Source of the DNA: an uncultured Rheinheimera sp.
GTDB taxonomy: Bacteria; Pseudomonadota; Gammaproteobacteria; Enterobacterales; Alteromonadaceae
Assembly (NCBI GenBank): GCA_964540955.1
Contig: CAZIPG010000002.1
Coordinates: 1-49,796, forward strand
DNA: 49,796 nt
Direction: 5' to 3'
The notes under the pieces were generated by a model, which was given only the letters and a program-made list of their open reading frames with translations, did no database searches and had not been told where the DNA came from. The stretch's first letter is position 1. Each line of letters begins with the position of its first letter. The position numbers and the translations under genes were made by a program. This document shows, in pieces, positions 1-9,106 of this stretch.

Positions 1-2
1 GC

Positions 3-2270
3 GCTTTTAGTAGCGAAGCCATCGAAAAAATGGGGCTGGTGAATGTTAATGATTTAGGCCGGATCACCCCCGGTTTAGAAACAAACAACGCCACAGCCAC
101 CCAAACTATCTTCAATATTCGCGGGATTTCCACCAATGATTTTGGCATTGGTTTAGATGCCGCGGTGGCCGTGTATGTCGATGGCGTTTATGTCGGTCGG
201 CGCGGCACTTCCAACTTAAACTTTAATGATGTTGAACGCGTTGAAGTGCTGAAAGGTCCTCAAGGGACGCTGTTTGGCCGAAACTCTGCAGCGGGCGCTA
301 TCCATATCATCACCAAAGCGGCCAGCGCCGATCCGCAAGGCCAGTTCAAAATGACGCTTGGCCAATACGGCAAACGTAAATTAGAACTGTCGGCAACGTC
401 GGCACTGACTGACAATTTGAATGCTCGCTTTAGCTTCGATCGCAACACCCGCGATGGCTATTTGGATGTGAAAAATAGCGACACCCGTTATGGCAACCAA
501 AATGATTGGTCGCTGCGCAGCGCCTTTGAATGGTCCTTGGATCAAGGTGCGGCTTTGGTGGTTCGGGCTGATGTATCAAAAATTGATCAGCAAGCCCGCC
601 CTGCGGTCACCTTAAATACGAGTTTTGGCAGCGGTGACCCCTTTGCCCCGATTGAATACGACTTTGAAGGCCATGAAAGCCGCGATGTGGCAGGGGTTTC
701 AGCAGAATATACCCGTGATATTGCTGGCATGCAGTTCACATCAATCAGTGCTTACCGTCAATTCAAACGCGGCAATGCGATGGAGGATGATGGTTCGGCC
801 TTTGCTCGGGCTTTCTTTGCCAGTAACTTGATTGAAGATCAAAATCAGTGGAGCCAAGAGTTCCGCTTGAGCCACAATGGTGAGCGGTTGAAATGGACCT
901 TAGGTGCTAACTGGTTTAAAGAAGATATCGCCCAAATCACTCAAGCCACCTTCAATACCACCACTTTTGATGCACTGGCAGTGGTGCAAATGGGTGGCGA
1001 TCCGCGCACTGTGCCACAGCTGCCATTGGGCACTGGTGTTGCAGGGGCTTATATGACCATGGGCACACCGGCCGCACGCCAAGCCGTTGCCAATGAAATC
1101 GGCCGCTTGATGATGGGCGGAATGTCATTTGCCCAAGCCCAAGCCACTGTAGGCAATCAGTTGGTGATGGCGAACTTCCTGAAACTGTCGGGCAAGCATA
1201 TGGAACAGTTCGACAATGAAGGCACCACCGATAGCAGCGCCATTTATTTTGATGCGACTTATGCCCTGACGGACAAACTCGATCTGACATTAGGGGGCCG
1301 CTATACCTTTGATAAAAAAGATTTTTACATTCATAGCGAACCGCGAAACTTCTTCACTGTGCCCTTTGGCAATGTCGGCCAAGTGCCGCTGGCCGTTGCT
1401 TTCATGCCACAAACAGCCGAGCAAGATGCCGATTGGTCAAAATTCACACCTCGCGTTGTGCTCGACTATCAATGGAACGATCAGCTGATGACTTACGCCT
1501 CTTATGCCGAGGGCTTCAAAGCCGGTGGTTTCAACACTTTAGGCCAAGCGCCTGCGGTGAAAGAAGAAACCGTGAAAAACTCGGAAATTGGCATGAAATC
1601 AACTTGGCTTGAAAACAAAGTCCGCCTCAATCTGTCGGCCTACCAATACGATTACACCAACCTGCAACAACTCGAGTTAGTCGGTGCGCCAGGGACAGTG
1701 CCAACCTATAACCTTCGTAACGTTGATGCCGAGGGCAAAGGCTTCGAAACTGAATTGCAATGGCAAGTCAGTGAAGATTTAAGATTGAGCGCCAACTATG
1801 GCCATGTTGAAACTGAATATACCAACTGGCAGTATTTTTCTTGGGAAAATAGCGGCAGCAAAGTGGGCCAACCTATCTCTGGCATGCCGGAAGATCAAGC
1901 CAGCGCAGCGATCGACTACTACGTGGATGGCATGAATGGCCAATTTAACTTCCATCTCAGCTACAGCTACACTGGCGACCGCACCCAAGGCGTTGATGGT
2001 CCGGCTCTGGCGATTCTGCCGTTTGAACAAGGCAGTGTGACGGGTCTGAACGATGATGCGCTGAACTCAATTTCAGGCTATGGCTTACTCAATAGCAAAG
2101 TGGTGTGGCAAAGCGCGAACCATCCGTTATTTGTCGGCTTCTATGTCAACAATCTGTTGGATAAACAATATATTATCCAAACTGGCGGCCAAGCCATGGC
2201 GGTAGGTTCACCCATCGCAACCCCTGGTTTACCCAGAATGTATGGCATTGAGTTAGGCTGGACCTTCTAA
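3..2270 (+). CDS. TonB-dependent outer-membrane receptor (5'-truncated by the window edge)
   Basis: The frame is open from nt 3 (AFSSEAIEKM...). Plug motifs IRG...VAVYVDGVY and DVERVEVLKGPQGTLFGRNSAAGAI; barrel motif YASYAEGFKAGGFN; C-terminal NNLLDKQY...PRMYGIELGWTF ending in Phe. Confidence 0.95.
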   Translation, partial: AFSSEAIEKMGLVNVNDLGRITPGLETNNATATQTIFNIRGISTNDFGIGLDAAVAVYVDGVYVGRRGTSNLNFNDVERVEVLKGPQGTLFGRNSAAGAIHIITKAASADPQGQFKMTLGQYGKRKLELSATSALTDNLNARFSFDRNTRDGYLDVKNSDTRYGNQNDWSLRSAFEWSLDQGAALVVRADVSKIDQQARPAVTLNTSFGSGDPFAPIEYDFEGHESRDVAGVSAEYTRDIAGMQFTSISAYRQFKRGNAMEDDGSAFARAFFASNLIEDQNQWSQEFRLSHNGERLKWTLGANWFKEDIAQITQATFNTTTFDALAVVQMGGDPRTVPQLPLGTGVAGAYMTMGTPAARQAVANEIGRLMMGGMSFAQAQATVGNQLVMANFLKLSGKHMEQFDNEGTTDSSAIYFDATYALTDKLDLTLGGRYTFDKKDFYIHSEPRNFFTVPFGNVGQVPLAVAFMPQTAEQDADWSKFTPRVVLDYQWNDQLMTYASYAEGFKAGGFNTLGQAPAVKEETVKNSEIGMKSTWLENKVRLNLSAYQYDYTNLQQLELVGAPGTVPTYNLRNVDAEGKGFETELQWQVSEDLRLSANYGHVETEYTNWQYFSWENSGSKVGQPISGMPEDQASAAIDYYVDGMNGQFNFHLSYSYTGDRTQGVDGPALAILPFEQGSVTGLNDDALNSISGYGLLNSKVVWQSANHPLFVGFYVNNLLDKQYIIQTGGQAMAVGSPIATPGLPRMYGIELGWTF

Positions 2271-2305
2271 CGCCAAGCGAAGCTAAACCGAAGATATACA
2301 ATCCC

Positions 2306-2329
2306 AAGCCCCGTTTTCGGGGCTTTTTT
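2306..2329 (+). terminator. Rho-independent terminator of the TBDR gene
   Basis: AAGCCCCG-TTTT-CGGGGCTT followed by a T-run. Confidence 0.85.
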
Positions 2330-2342
2330 CGGAGTCATCACC

Positions 2343-2963
2343 ATGATTTTAACTGCCGCCGCCGAGATAGTTTTGGTCTTGGCTCTGCTCATCACACTCT
2401 GGCGATTGAGTCAAATTGGCGTGAGCAATAGCGAAGCCCCCCAAGCATCCCTTATTTTTGCGGTGCTATTGCTGGCACTGTGCACCATTGCCTTCACCGC
2501 AGGGATCGGCGCTGTCCGTTATTATGCTTTAAGCCCGCAAGCGCCCGCGGCTTTAATCTCGACAGAATTCATCGGCTTTCGACTGGATGATTTGCATGAT
2601 GGCTTATCGGCTTTTTCACGCAGTTATGCCATGCCGCTCTATCTGTTTGCCTCGGTTTGGCTCTGGGGCCGTTTGCCGCTTTGGTTTGCGCCAGCGCTAC
2701 TCGCCATGGCCATGCTGCCGCAATTGGGCTTGCTGAGTTTATTTACCGATGCCAGCTTGGTACTCATGTTAATGGCGCTGATGCAATCTACTGCAGCGCG
2801 TCGTTTTGTCCTGATCGCCCTAGGTTGTTTATTGGCGGTTCCGCTGTCGGTGTTATTGATTGGCAATGACGATCTGGCGATGGCCTGTTTTCATCTGTGT
2901 CTCGCGGCGCATTTCTTCAGCTATGGCATGGCTATTCGCAAAATGACCAGTGAATCGACTTGA
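2343..2963 (+). CDS. Hypothetical polytopic membrane protein (206 aa)
   Basis: GGAG RBS before the ATG; about 6-7 hydrophobic segments; no family recognised. Confidence 0.75.
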   Translation: MILTAAAEIVLVLALLITLWRLSQIGVSNSEAPQASLIFAVLLLALCTIAFTAGIGAVRYYALSPQAPAALISTEFIGFRLDDLHDGLSAFSRSYAMPLYLFASVWLWGRLPLWFAPALLAMAMLPQLGLLSLFTDASLVLMLMALMQSTAARRFVLIALGCLLAVPLSVLLIGNDDLAMACFHLCLAAHFFSYGMAIRKMTSEST

Positions 2964-2978
2964 GCCGACTGTCCCTAA

Positions 2979-3042
2979 CTCAAACGGTCACTAGCTCAAA
3001 CGGTCACTAGCTTCAACGGTCACCAGCCCCAACGGTCACGAG
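2979..3042. repeat. 4 x 16-bp degenerate tandem repeat (CTCAAACGGTCACTAG)
   Basis: Units at 2979, 2995, 3011 and 3027 share the core AACGGTCAC; there are no spacers. Confidence 0.9.
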
Positions 3043-3049
3043 TGGGAAA

Positions 3050-3076
3050 GGTACGAGAGGCTTTGCCTCTCGCACC
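3050..3076. terminator. Hairpin between convergent genes (probable terminator)
   Basis: GGTACGAGAGGC-TTT-GCCTCTCGCACC; the U-tail is weak. Confidence 0.55.
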
Positions 3077-3085
3077 AATTGCTTA

Positions 3086-5932
3086 CTAAAAAGCCTCCCA
3101 TTCATCATCTTGTACTAACTGCAAAGGCTGAGCACTCCGTGCTAATGGCTGACGAGCATGACCCGCTTTGACGCCATTGGCTGCTGATCTCCTGCCCTGA
3201 TGGCTTGTCACCAATTGCGGGGTGGCACTTTCTGCTAATTTAAACTGCAAAACTTGGTTACTCAGTTGATTCGCCTGTGATAATAAACTTTCGGCAGCGG
3301 CTGCGGCCTCCTCCACTAACGCTGCATTTTGCTGCGTAATGTTATCCATTTGACTCACCGACTTACTGACTTCATCCAAACCGGTGGCTTGTTCTATTGA
3401 TGCTGCAGCAATATCACTCATCAAATCGTTCACCCGTTTAATGGCGACGACAATATCTTGCATGGTTTGACCGGAGCGGCCCACCAGCTGATTGCCGTTG
3501 CTAATTTTGGCAACCGAATCAGAAATTAAGCCTTTGATATCCTTGGCGGCATTGGCTGAACGCTGCGCTAAACTGCGCACTTCAGAGGCAACCACGGCAA
3601 AACCGCGACCTTGTTCGCCTGCTCTAGCCGCTTCAACCGCTGCATTTAAAGCAAGGATATTAGTTTGGAAGGCAATACCATCAATCACACCGATAATATC
3701 GGCAATTTTTTGCGCCGAATCATTAATTGCCGCCATCATTTGCACCACTTGCCCAATCAACTGACCGCCATCAATTGCGACAGTCGATGCCTCAGCGGCT
3801 AAGCGATTGGCCTGCTGCGCATTCTCCGCATTTTGCCGCACAGTGCCAGTTAATTGCTCCATACTGGACGCAGTTTCTTCTAAGCTCGAAGCTTGCTCTT
3901 CGGTTCGACTCGATAAGTCGGTATTCCCGCGAGAAATTTCATCAGCAGCGCTATTGATGGTGGCTGCAGCATCGCGAATTTCAAGCAACATCTGGCTCAA
4001 GGTGTCGGCAGTCTGGTTACAACCATTTTTCAGTGCTTCAAAAGTGCCTAGGTAACTGCCGGTCACTCGTGCTGTTAAATCGCCGTCAGCAATCGCCCCT
4101 AACACTTGACTGATATCGGATAAACTGCGCTCACAAGTATCAGTTAAACTATTTAACCCCTCGGCAATTTTTAGCATAAAGCCTTGCTTATGCGCTTCGT
4201 TAACTCGCAGATGGAAATCCCCTCGAACTGCAGCCTGCACCACAGCTTCAACATCCTGCTCTGCTTGCACTTCTTGACTGCGGTCTAGCCACTCCAAGAC
4301 TGTCCCCAACCGCTCGCCTTGTTCCGTGGTGATCACAGTGGCAGTCACTCGAAAATGCACATCGGCTATCAATAAATCACTGGTTTTGGCTTGTTCAAGT
4401 TGCAGTAAAAACTGACTGGCAGGCTGACCAGATACAGCAAAAACATCCACCAAACTGCCCAGCAAACTTCCGACGTTTAACGACGGAAGCTCTCGACTTA
4501 GCTGAGTTTGCACCTTGCGCAGCATGCTCATCATCGAATGGTTCGCATAAATAATGGTTCTGCGTGCATCAACCAACAACACATTGGTTGAGGTTTCGTC
4601 CAAGGCTTGACGGATCCGCTGATTCTCACGCGCCATGATGGCATCAGCTGCGGCTTTCTGAGCATCCGCTTCGGCGCGCTGCGCCAGTTCATGCGCTTGC
4701 CGCTCTGCCAACTCCAAACCTTTATTCATCTCAAACATCGCCCGTTGTAGCGCGCCAATTTCATCTTGGCGCTGACTCGCCCGCGCTTTGGTAAAGTCTT
4801 TCGCCATGATGGCCCGTGCTGTCGAAACGCTCTGATGTAAACCCCGAGAAAAACTCATCACCAAATAAATCGCTAAAGCAAAAAAGCACACGCCACAAGC
4901 AATGACAATCGACAATAACTGTTGGCGTTGACTGCGGAATTCTTGATCTCGAGCCATTAAAAGCCCATTGAGAACCGTATTGACTTGCGAAGAAATTTGG
5001 AAAATATCTTGGGTGATCCGGTCTAACTCAAGGGATAAACTGAGCGGATTGGTTTCAGCAGACTGATTCAGTAATTGCGGCAGTTGTTGCATATGATTTG
5101 CAATTTTTCCACTTTGTTCTGATAGTTTTTGCACCTCAAGTTGCGAACTTAAACTCGCTGCCACTCGCAGATTCCTTAACAAATCAACATAGGGTTGTTG
5201 GGCGCTCGCCAGTAATTGTGCACTATTCAATGACAAGGTTTTCAAGGCTGTTGTAGCTACTGGCATAGCCGGACTTGTCGTGGAAAGCTGTGGGGATGGT
5301 GCATCATCCGACGAAGGCGACTGAGCCGTTGATGTTGCGAGGATGTCGCCTTGTACCTTAGCAATTTCCTCCATCAACCTAGGGGCATTTTGCAACCCTG
5401 CAATAATCAGATGATAACTTTCAGCGACGGGATCATAACTTAAGCCTGAACTATCGAGCACTTGATTCAGCGTTTCTTGCACAATTTGCTCAATCAATTG
5501 CGAATGACGTTGAAATGAATCAGCTGAACTCAACCGACCTGAAGCCACATCATTCTCCAGCTGCTGCCAAGACGTTTTTAGTTCGCCAATTTGCCGCATC
5601 ACTGATGGATCAGCCAAACCGCGCTGTACCGTTTCAGATAATTGTTTAAAAAAAGCATCTACTTGAGCAGCAACTGCCAAACGTTGGCTTGGCTCGGCAC
5701 CATTGAGTGTCTGTGTGCTCAGCCCCCGGTGCTGTTGCAGCTTTACCAGCAAGGCCAACGTTTGCTGTGCGGGTGCAACCCCAGATAACTCCTGGGAGTT
5801 GAAATCAACATCATCTGACAACTGACCAATCAGCGGAATTGTAGGAACCAGCACCATAATCAGAGTTAAAGCCCCTAACATGGCCATCTTGCTGGCAAAG
5901 CGTAAGTTATTAAACAAAAGCAAAAACTTCAT
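3086..5932 (-). CDS. Methyl-accepting chemotaxis protein: TM / NIT-like periplasmic sensor / TM / HAMP / PAS / HAMP / MA domain, with Aer2-like cytoplasmic part and C-terminal pentapeptide EWEAF
   Basis: Signalling tip [37 protein letters not shown]; two TM helices; NIT-like LQQHRGLS; [21 protein letters not shown]. Start moved to ATG 5932 (MKFLLL), which has an AGAGG RBS. Confidence 0.93.
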   Translation of the reverse strand: MKFLLLFNNLRFASKMAMLGALTLIMVLVPTIPLIGQLSDDVDFNSQELSGVAPAQQTLALLVKLQQHRGLSTQTLNGAEPSQRLAVAAQVDAFFKQLSETVQRGLADPSVMRQIGELKTSWQQLENDVASGRLSSADSFQRHSQLIEQIVQETLNQVLDSSGLSYDPVAESYHLIIAGLQNAPRLMEEIAKVQGDILATSTAQSPSSDDAPSPQLSTTSPAMPVATTALKTLSLNSAQLLASAQQPYVDLLRNLRVAASLSSQLEVQKLSEQSGKIANHMQQLPQLLNQSAETNPLSLSLELDRITQDIFQISSQVNTVLNGLLMARDQEFRSQRQQLLSIVIACGVCFFALAIYLVMSFSRGLHQSVSTARAIMAKDFTKARASQRQDEIGALQRAMFEMNKGLELAERQAHELAQRAEADAQKAAADAIMARENQRIRQALDETSTNVLLVDARRTIIYANHSMMSMLRKVQTQLSRELPSLNVGSLLGSLVDVFAVSGQPASQFLLQLEQAKTSDLLIADVHFRVTATVITTEQGERLGTVLEWLDRSQEVQAEQDVEAVVQAAVRGDFHLRVNEAHKQGFMLKIAEGLNSLTDTCERSLSDISQVLGAIADGDLTARVTGSYLGTFEALKNGCNQTADTLSQMLLEIRDAAATINSAADEISRGNTDLSSRTEEQASSLEETASSMEQLTGTVRQNAENAQQANRLAAEASTVAIDGGQLIGQVVQMMAAINDSAQKIADIIGVIDGIAFQTNILALNAAVEAARAGEQGRGFAVVASEVRSLAQRSANAAKDIKGLISDSVAKISNGNQLVGRSGQTMQDIVVAIKRVNDLMSDIAAASIEQATGLDEVSKSVSQMDNITQQNAALVEEAAAAAESLLSQANQLSNQVLQFKLAESATPQLVTSHQGRRSAANGVKAGHARQPLARSAQPLQLVQDDEWEAF

Positions 5933-6004
5933 AAATCGACCTCTATAAATCGATTCAGTTCCTTCAACGATTGTTGCCAAAAACTCCGTATTTCGTGCAA
6001 TTTT

Positions 6005-6026
6005 AAAACCCTCAATCGCTTGAGGG
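6005..6026 (-). terminator. Terminator after cheV
   Basis: Minus strand CCCTCAA-GCGA-TTGAGGG-TTTT. Confidence 0.65.
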
Positions 6027-6066
6027 CGTTCTAGTTCACTTTAAAAATCTGAACATTCGGTTGGGG

Positions 6067-6993
6067 CTAGCCTTGGTTCATCCATTTTTGTACGGCCAGT
6101 ACTAGTTCATCAGGATGGAATTTCGCGATGAATTGATCGGCTCCGACCTTCTTCACCATGGCTTCGTTAAACACACCACTGAGCGATGAATGCAGCACGA
6201 TATGCAAATTTCGCAAATCAGGATTGGCCTTAATTTCTGCAGTTAAGGTGTACCCATCCATTTCTGGCATTTCGATATCGGATATCAATAATGGTACCAT
6301 TTTGGTGAAGTTCGGCCCAAGCTCGGCAGCCTTTGCTTCTAACCAATTTAATGCCGAACGGCCATCATTGACCAATTCGACATTGATGCCGATGGATTGC
6401 AGGGCATTTTTCACCTGCTTGCGGGCAATCATCGAATCATCGGCAACGAGTACTGTCATCTTGGAGAAATCAAGTTGCTGAGCTTCTTCAATCACTTGCT
6501 GACTAACATCTTCATTGACTGGAGAAATTTCGAAGAATACTTTTTCAACATCAATAATCTGTACTAATTTCCCATCAATTTCAGTGACGGCTGTTAGATA
6601 ATGCGCTTTGCCTGCACCGCTTGGTGGCGGTGAAATTTGTTCCCAATTGACATTGATGATGCGATCAACTCCGCCCACCAAAAAGCCCTGCGTACTGCGG
6701 TTATATTCAGTGACTAACACAAAAGAATTCTCGAGGTCGCTGATAGCTGCGCCGCCGGTGGCCAAACTTAAATCAATCACTGTAATCGGGACGCCACGCA
6801 AATGCGCAATGCCGCGGACCTGCGGACTTGAACCTGGCATTTCAGAAAGTTCGGGGCATTTTAAAACTTCTCGCACTTTAAACACGTTGATGCCAAAAGG
6901 TTGCGGCCCATTCAGCCGAAACATTAAAAGTTCAAAGCGATTCTGCCCAACTAAGTTGGTCCGTTGATTCACTGAATTTAAACTTGAAGACAT
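6067..6993 (-). CDS. cheV: Chemotaxis protein CheV (CheW + receiver)
   Basis: NRFELLMFRL..FGINVFKVREV CheW domain; receiver VADDS...SDIEMPEMDGY...HSSLSG...AKF. Start ATG 6993 with a GAAGGG RBS. Confidence 0.95.
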   Translation of the reverse strand: MSSSLNSVNQRTNLVGQNRFELLMFRLNGPQPFGINVFKVREVLKCPELSEMPGSSPQVRGIAHLRGVPITVIDLSLATGGAAISDLENSFVLVTEYNRSTQGFLVGGVDRIINVNWEQISPPPSGAGKAHYLTAVTEIDGKLVQIIDVEKVFFEISPVNEDVSQQVIEEAQQLDFSKMTVLVADDSMIARKQVKNALQSIGINVELVNDGRSALNWLEAKAAELGPNFTKMVPLLISDIEMPEMDGYTLTAEIKANPDLRNLHIVLHSSLSGVFNEAMVKKVGADQFIAKFHPDELVLAVQKWMNQG

Positions 6994-7383
6994 AATTGCC
7001 CCTTCCCGAGAACATACCAAATTGTTTAAGTCGCAAAGTTATCTCAACAGCTTATATCGCAAAGACCAAGTGTGGCGGAAAAAAAGCAAAAAATTTGCAA
7101 ATGTCTCATTTGTCGCTTAGATTATTAGGTGTGTTTGCGGTTTTGTCTAGCTAAAACTGAAATAGCGATCTGCAATTTGCACAAAATTGACTATTTTTAA
7201 TACTTGCTCAGCTTTTTGTTGGTCAAAAACTTGAGCGCGATTGTGTCCGAGAGCAATAGTTTGGTTGATTGACCAAGCGACGCTCTCTTAATCCATTTAG
7301 ATTCTGAGCAGTTCAACGAATTGTGGAAGGTTTCAACATGCAATAACTGCAAGTTCATTGACATCAAAGGTTATAGGTGACTT

Positions 7384-8685
7384 ATGTTCGCATCAATTTT
7401 TGGGCGCAAAGCGTTGCAATCAGTTCCAACGCCATCATCGGCAGACTTGTTCTACCACGCTGTGTTGCAGCATATCCCAACCATCATCTTTCGACCTGAC
7501 GGCCAAATTATTGATGTCAATGAGTTATTTCTAAACACAGTTGGCTATTTTCGTGAAGAAATTATTGGCCAACATCACCGGATGTTCTGTCCAAGTGCAT
7601 ACACAGCCAGTGAGCAATACCGGCAATTTTGGCAAGATCTCGCCGCAGGCCAACCTAAACATGGCCAATTTCTGCGGATTGGCAAACAACAAAAGCCCTT
7701 GGCACTTGATGCGACCTATTTTCCAATTGTCGCCAATGGTGCAGTCACGCAAATCGTCAAATTTGCCAGTGATGTAACCTCCGAGGTTGAAAACGCTCGC
7801 CAAACGCAAGCAATTATCACTTCATTAGATCGCTCCTTGGCGGTCATCGAATTTAGTCCCGAAGGCCAAATCCTCAGTGCTAATGCGAATTTTTTAAATG
7901 CTGTGGGTTATCAAGCTGCAGAGATCATCGGACAGCACCACCGCATTTTTTGCAAACCTGATTTCTATCAAAAATACCCCAACTTTTGGCAAGAACTCGC
8001 CAAGGGCCACATTAAATCTGGACAGTTTGAACGGCTAAATGCAAATGGGCAGAGCCTATGGCTGGAGGCCACCTACAACCCGATTTATGATGAGCATCAC
8101 AACATCGTAAAAGTGATTAAGTTCGCCAGTGATATTACTGAACAAATTCAACAGGATCATCGGGTGGTTGAAGCCGCGGCGATGGCACTCAGTTCTTCGA
8201 TTAAAACCGTCGAAGTGGCGAACGATAGTAAAAAAGTATTATCCGATGTTGTTGAAAATTCGAAACAAATCTCTACCAAGGTCCATGATGCCTTTGCCAA
8301 AATCGATCAATTGACCGAGGAAGCCAAACAAATTACCGCGATTGTGACAACGATCCGTTCGATTGCCGATCAAACCAATCTGTTGGCATTAAATGCTGCG
8401 ATTGAAGCCGCACGCGCAGGTGAACATGGACGCGGATTTGCGGTGGTTGCGGACGAGGTTCGCAGTTTAGCGGCGAGAACCAGTGTATCCACTGTGGAAA
8501 TCCAATGTGTGGTGGCTCGAAATGCAGCCATCACCGCCGATGCGATGCAGTTGATGCAAAATGCGAATGAGTTTTCCGAAACGGGCCTGGTGTTGGTAGA
8601 CCAAGCGGTGCACGCGCAAGAAGAAATTCAGCAAGTGGCTTCCCAAGTCACGGATAAAATCTCGCATATCTCACAGAAATGTTAG
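7384..8685 (+). CDS. Soluble PAS-PAS methyl-accepting chemotaxis protein (BdlA-like)
   Basis: Two PAS/PAC repeats (N..FL..VGY...[10 protein letters not shown]...FWQ.LA.G); no TM; short MA domain [34 protein letters not shown]. Confidence 0.9.
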   Translation: MFASIFGRKALQSVPTPSSADLFYHAVLQHIPTIIFRPDGQIIDVNELFLNTVGYFREEIIGQHHRMFCPSAYTASEQYRQFWQDLAAGQPKHGQFLRIGKQQKPLALDATYFPIVANGAVTQIVKFASDVTSEVENARQTQAIITSLDRSLAVIEFSPEGQILSANANFLNAVGYQAAEIIGQHHRIFCKPDFYQKYPNFWQELAKGHIKSGQFERLNANGQSLWLEATYNPIYDEHHNIVKVIKFASDITEQIQQDHRVVEAAAMALSSSIKTVEVANDSKKVLSDVVENSKQISTKVHDAFAKIDQLTEEAKQITAIVTTIRSIADQTNLLALNAAIEAARAGEHGRGFAVVADEVRSLAARTSVSTVEIQCVVARNAAITADAMQLMQNANEFSETGLVLVDQAVHAQEEIQQVASQVTDKISHISQKC

Positions 8686-8708
8686 CAACAAAACCAGTCA
8701 CTTTGAGC

Positions 8709-8730
8709 GGCCACATCAATTGATGTGGCC
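8709..8730. terminator. Perfect 22-bp palindrome downstream of the PAS-MCP gene (terminator or operator)
   Basis: GGCCACATCAATTGATGTGGCC; followed by TGTT rather than a clean U-run. Confidence 0.5.
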
Positions 8731-8792
8731 TGTTGATAGGCAACCGATGGCTCCACGACCAATTAAAACCGCCGTCGACACTTCGCTAACCA

Positions 8793-8857
8793 CCTTAATC
8801 CTCTAACTTAATTCCTTCCCTTAATTCCATACCTTAATTCCTTACCTTAACATCCAT
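8793..8857. repeat. 5 x 13-bp degenerate tandem repeat (CCTTAATTCCWTA)
   Basis: Units at 8793, 8806, 8819, 8832 and 8845. Confidence 0.85.
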
Positions 8858-9010
8858 CGCAATCACGAATTCAATCGCCCCAACTACTTTAGTGGGCAAG
8901 TATTGCCGAAACTAAAGGCCTTGTTGGAAGACCTCATACTCAGTTTTTCAACGATTGAGCAGGCAAACTTAGGATGGTTTAGCCCATTTCAATGCAAAAT
9001 TTTTGTTTTT

Positions 9011-9066
9011 TTGCCGATTATCGAAAAAATTCATTAAAATTTAGATGGCCAGCCATCCAAACATCT
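9011..9066 (+). promoter_or_regulatory. Sigma70 promoter (TTGCCG-N18-TAAAAT) followed by three tandem MetJ boxes (9043-9066)
   Basis: AGATGGCC AGCCATCC AAACATCT match AGACGTCT at 5/8, 5/8 and 6/8 in 8-bp phase, immediately after the -10. Confidence 0.75.
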
Positions 9067-9106
9067 GTATACTTAGCCGTATTGAGTTATTTGTGGAGTT
9101 GCCATC

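Noticed and set aside
2979-3042. Mini-CRISPR array
   Set aside because: Units are 16 bp and abut with no unique spacers; no cas genes in the window.
5965-5981. Sigma54 promoter for the MCP (TTGGCAACAATCGTTGA)
   Set aside because: GG-N10 is followed by TG, not GC; spacing and the -12 element do not fit.
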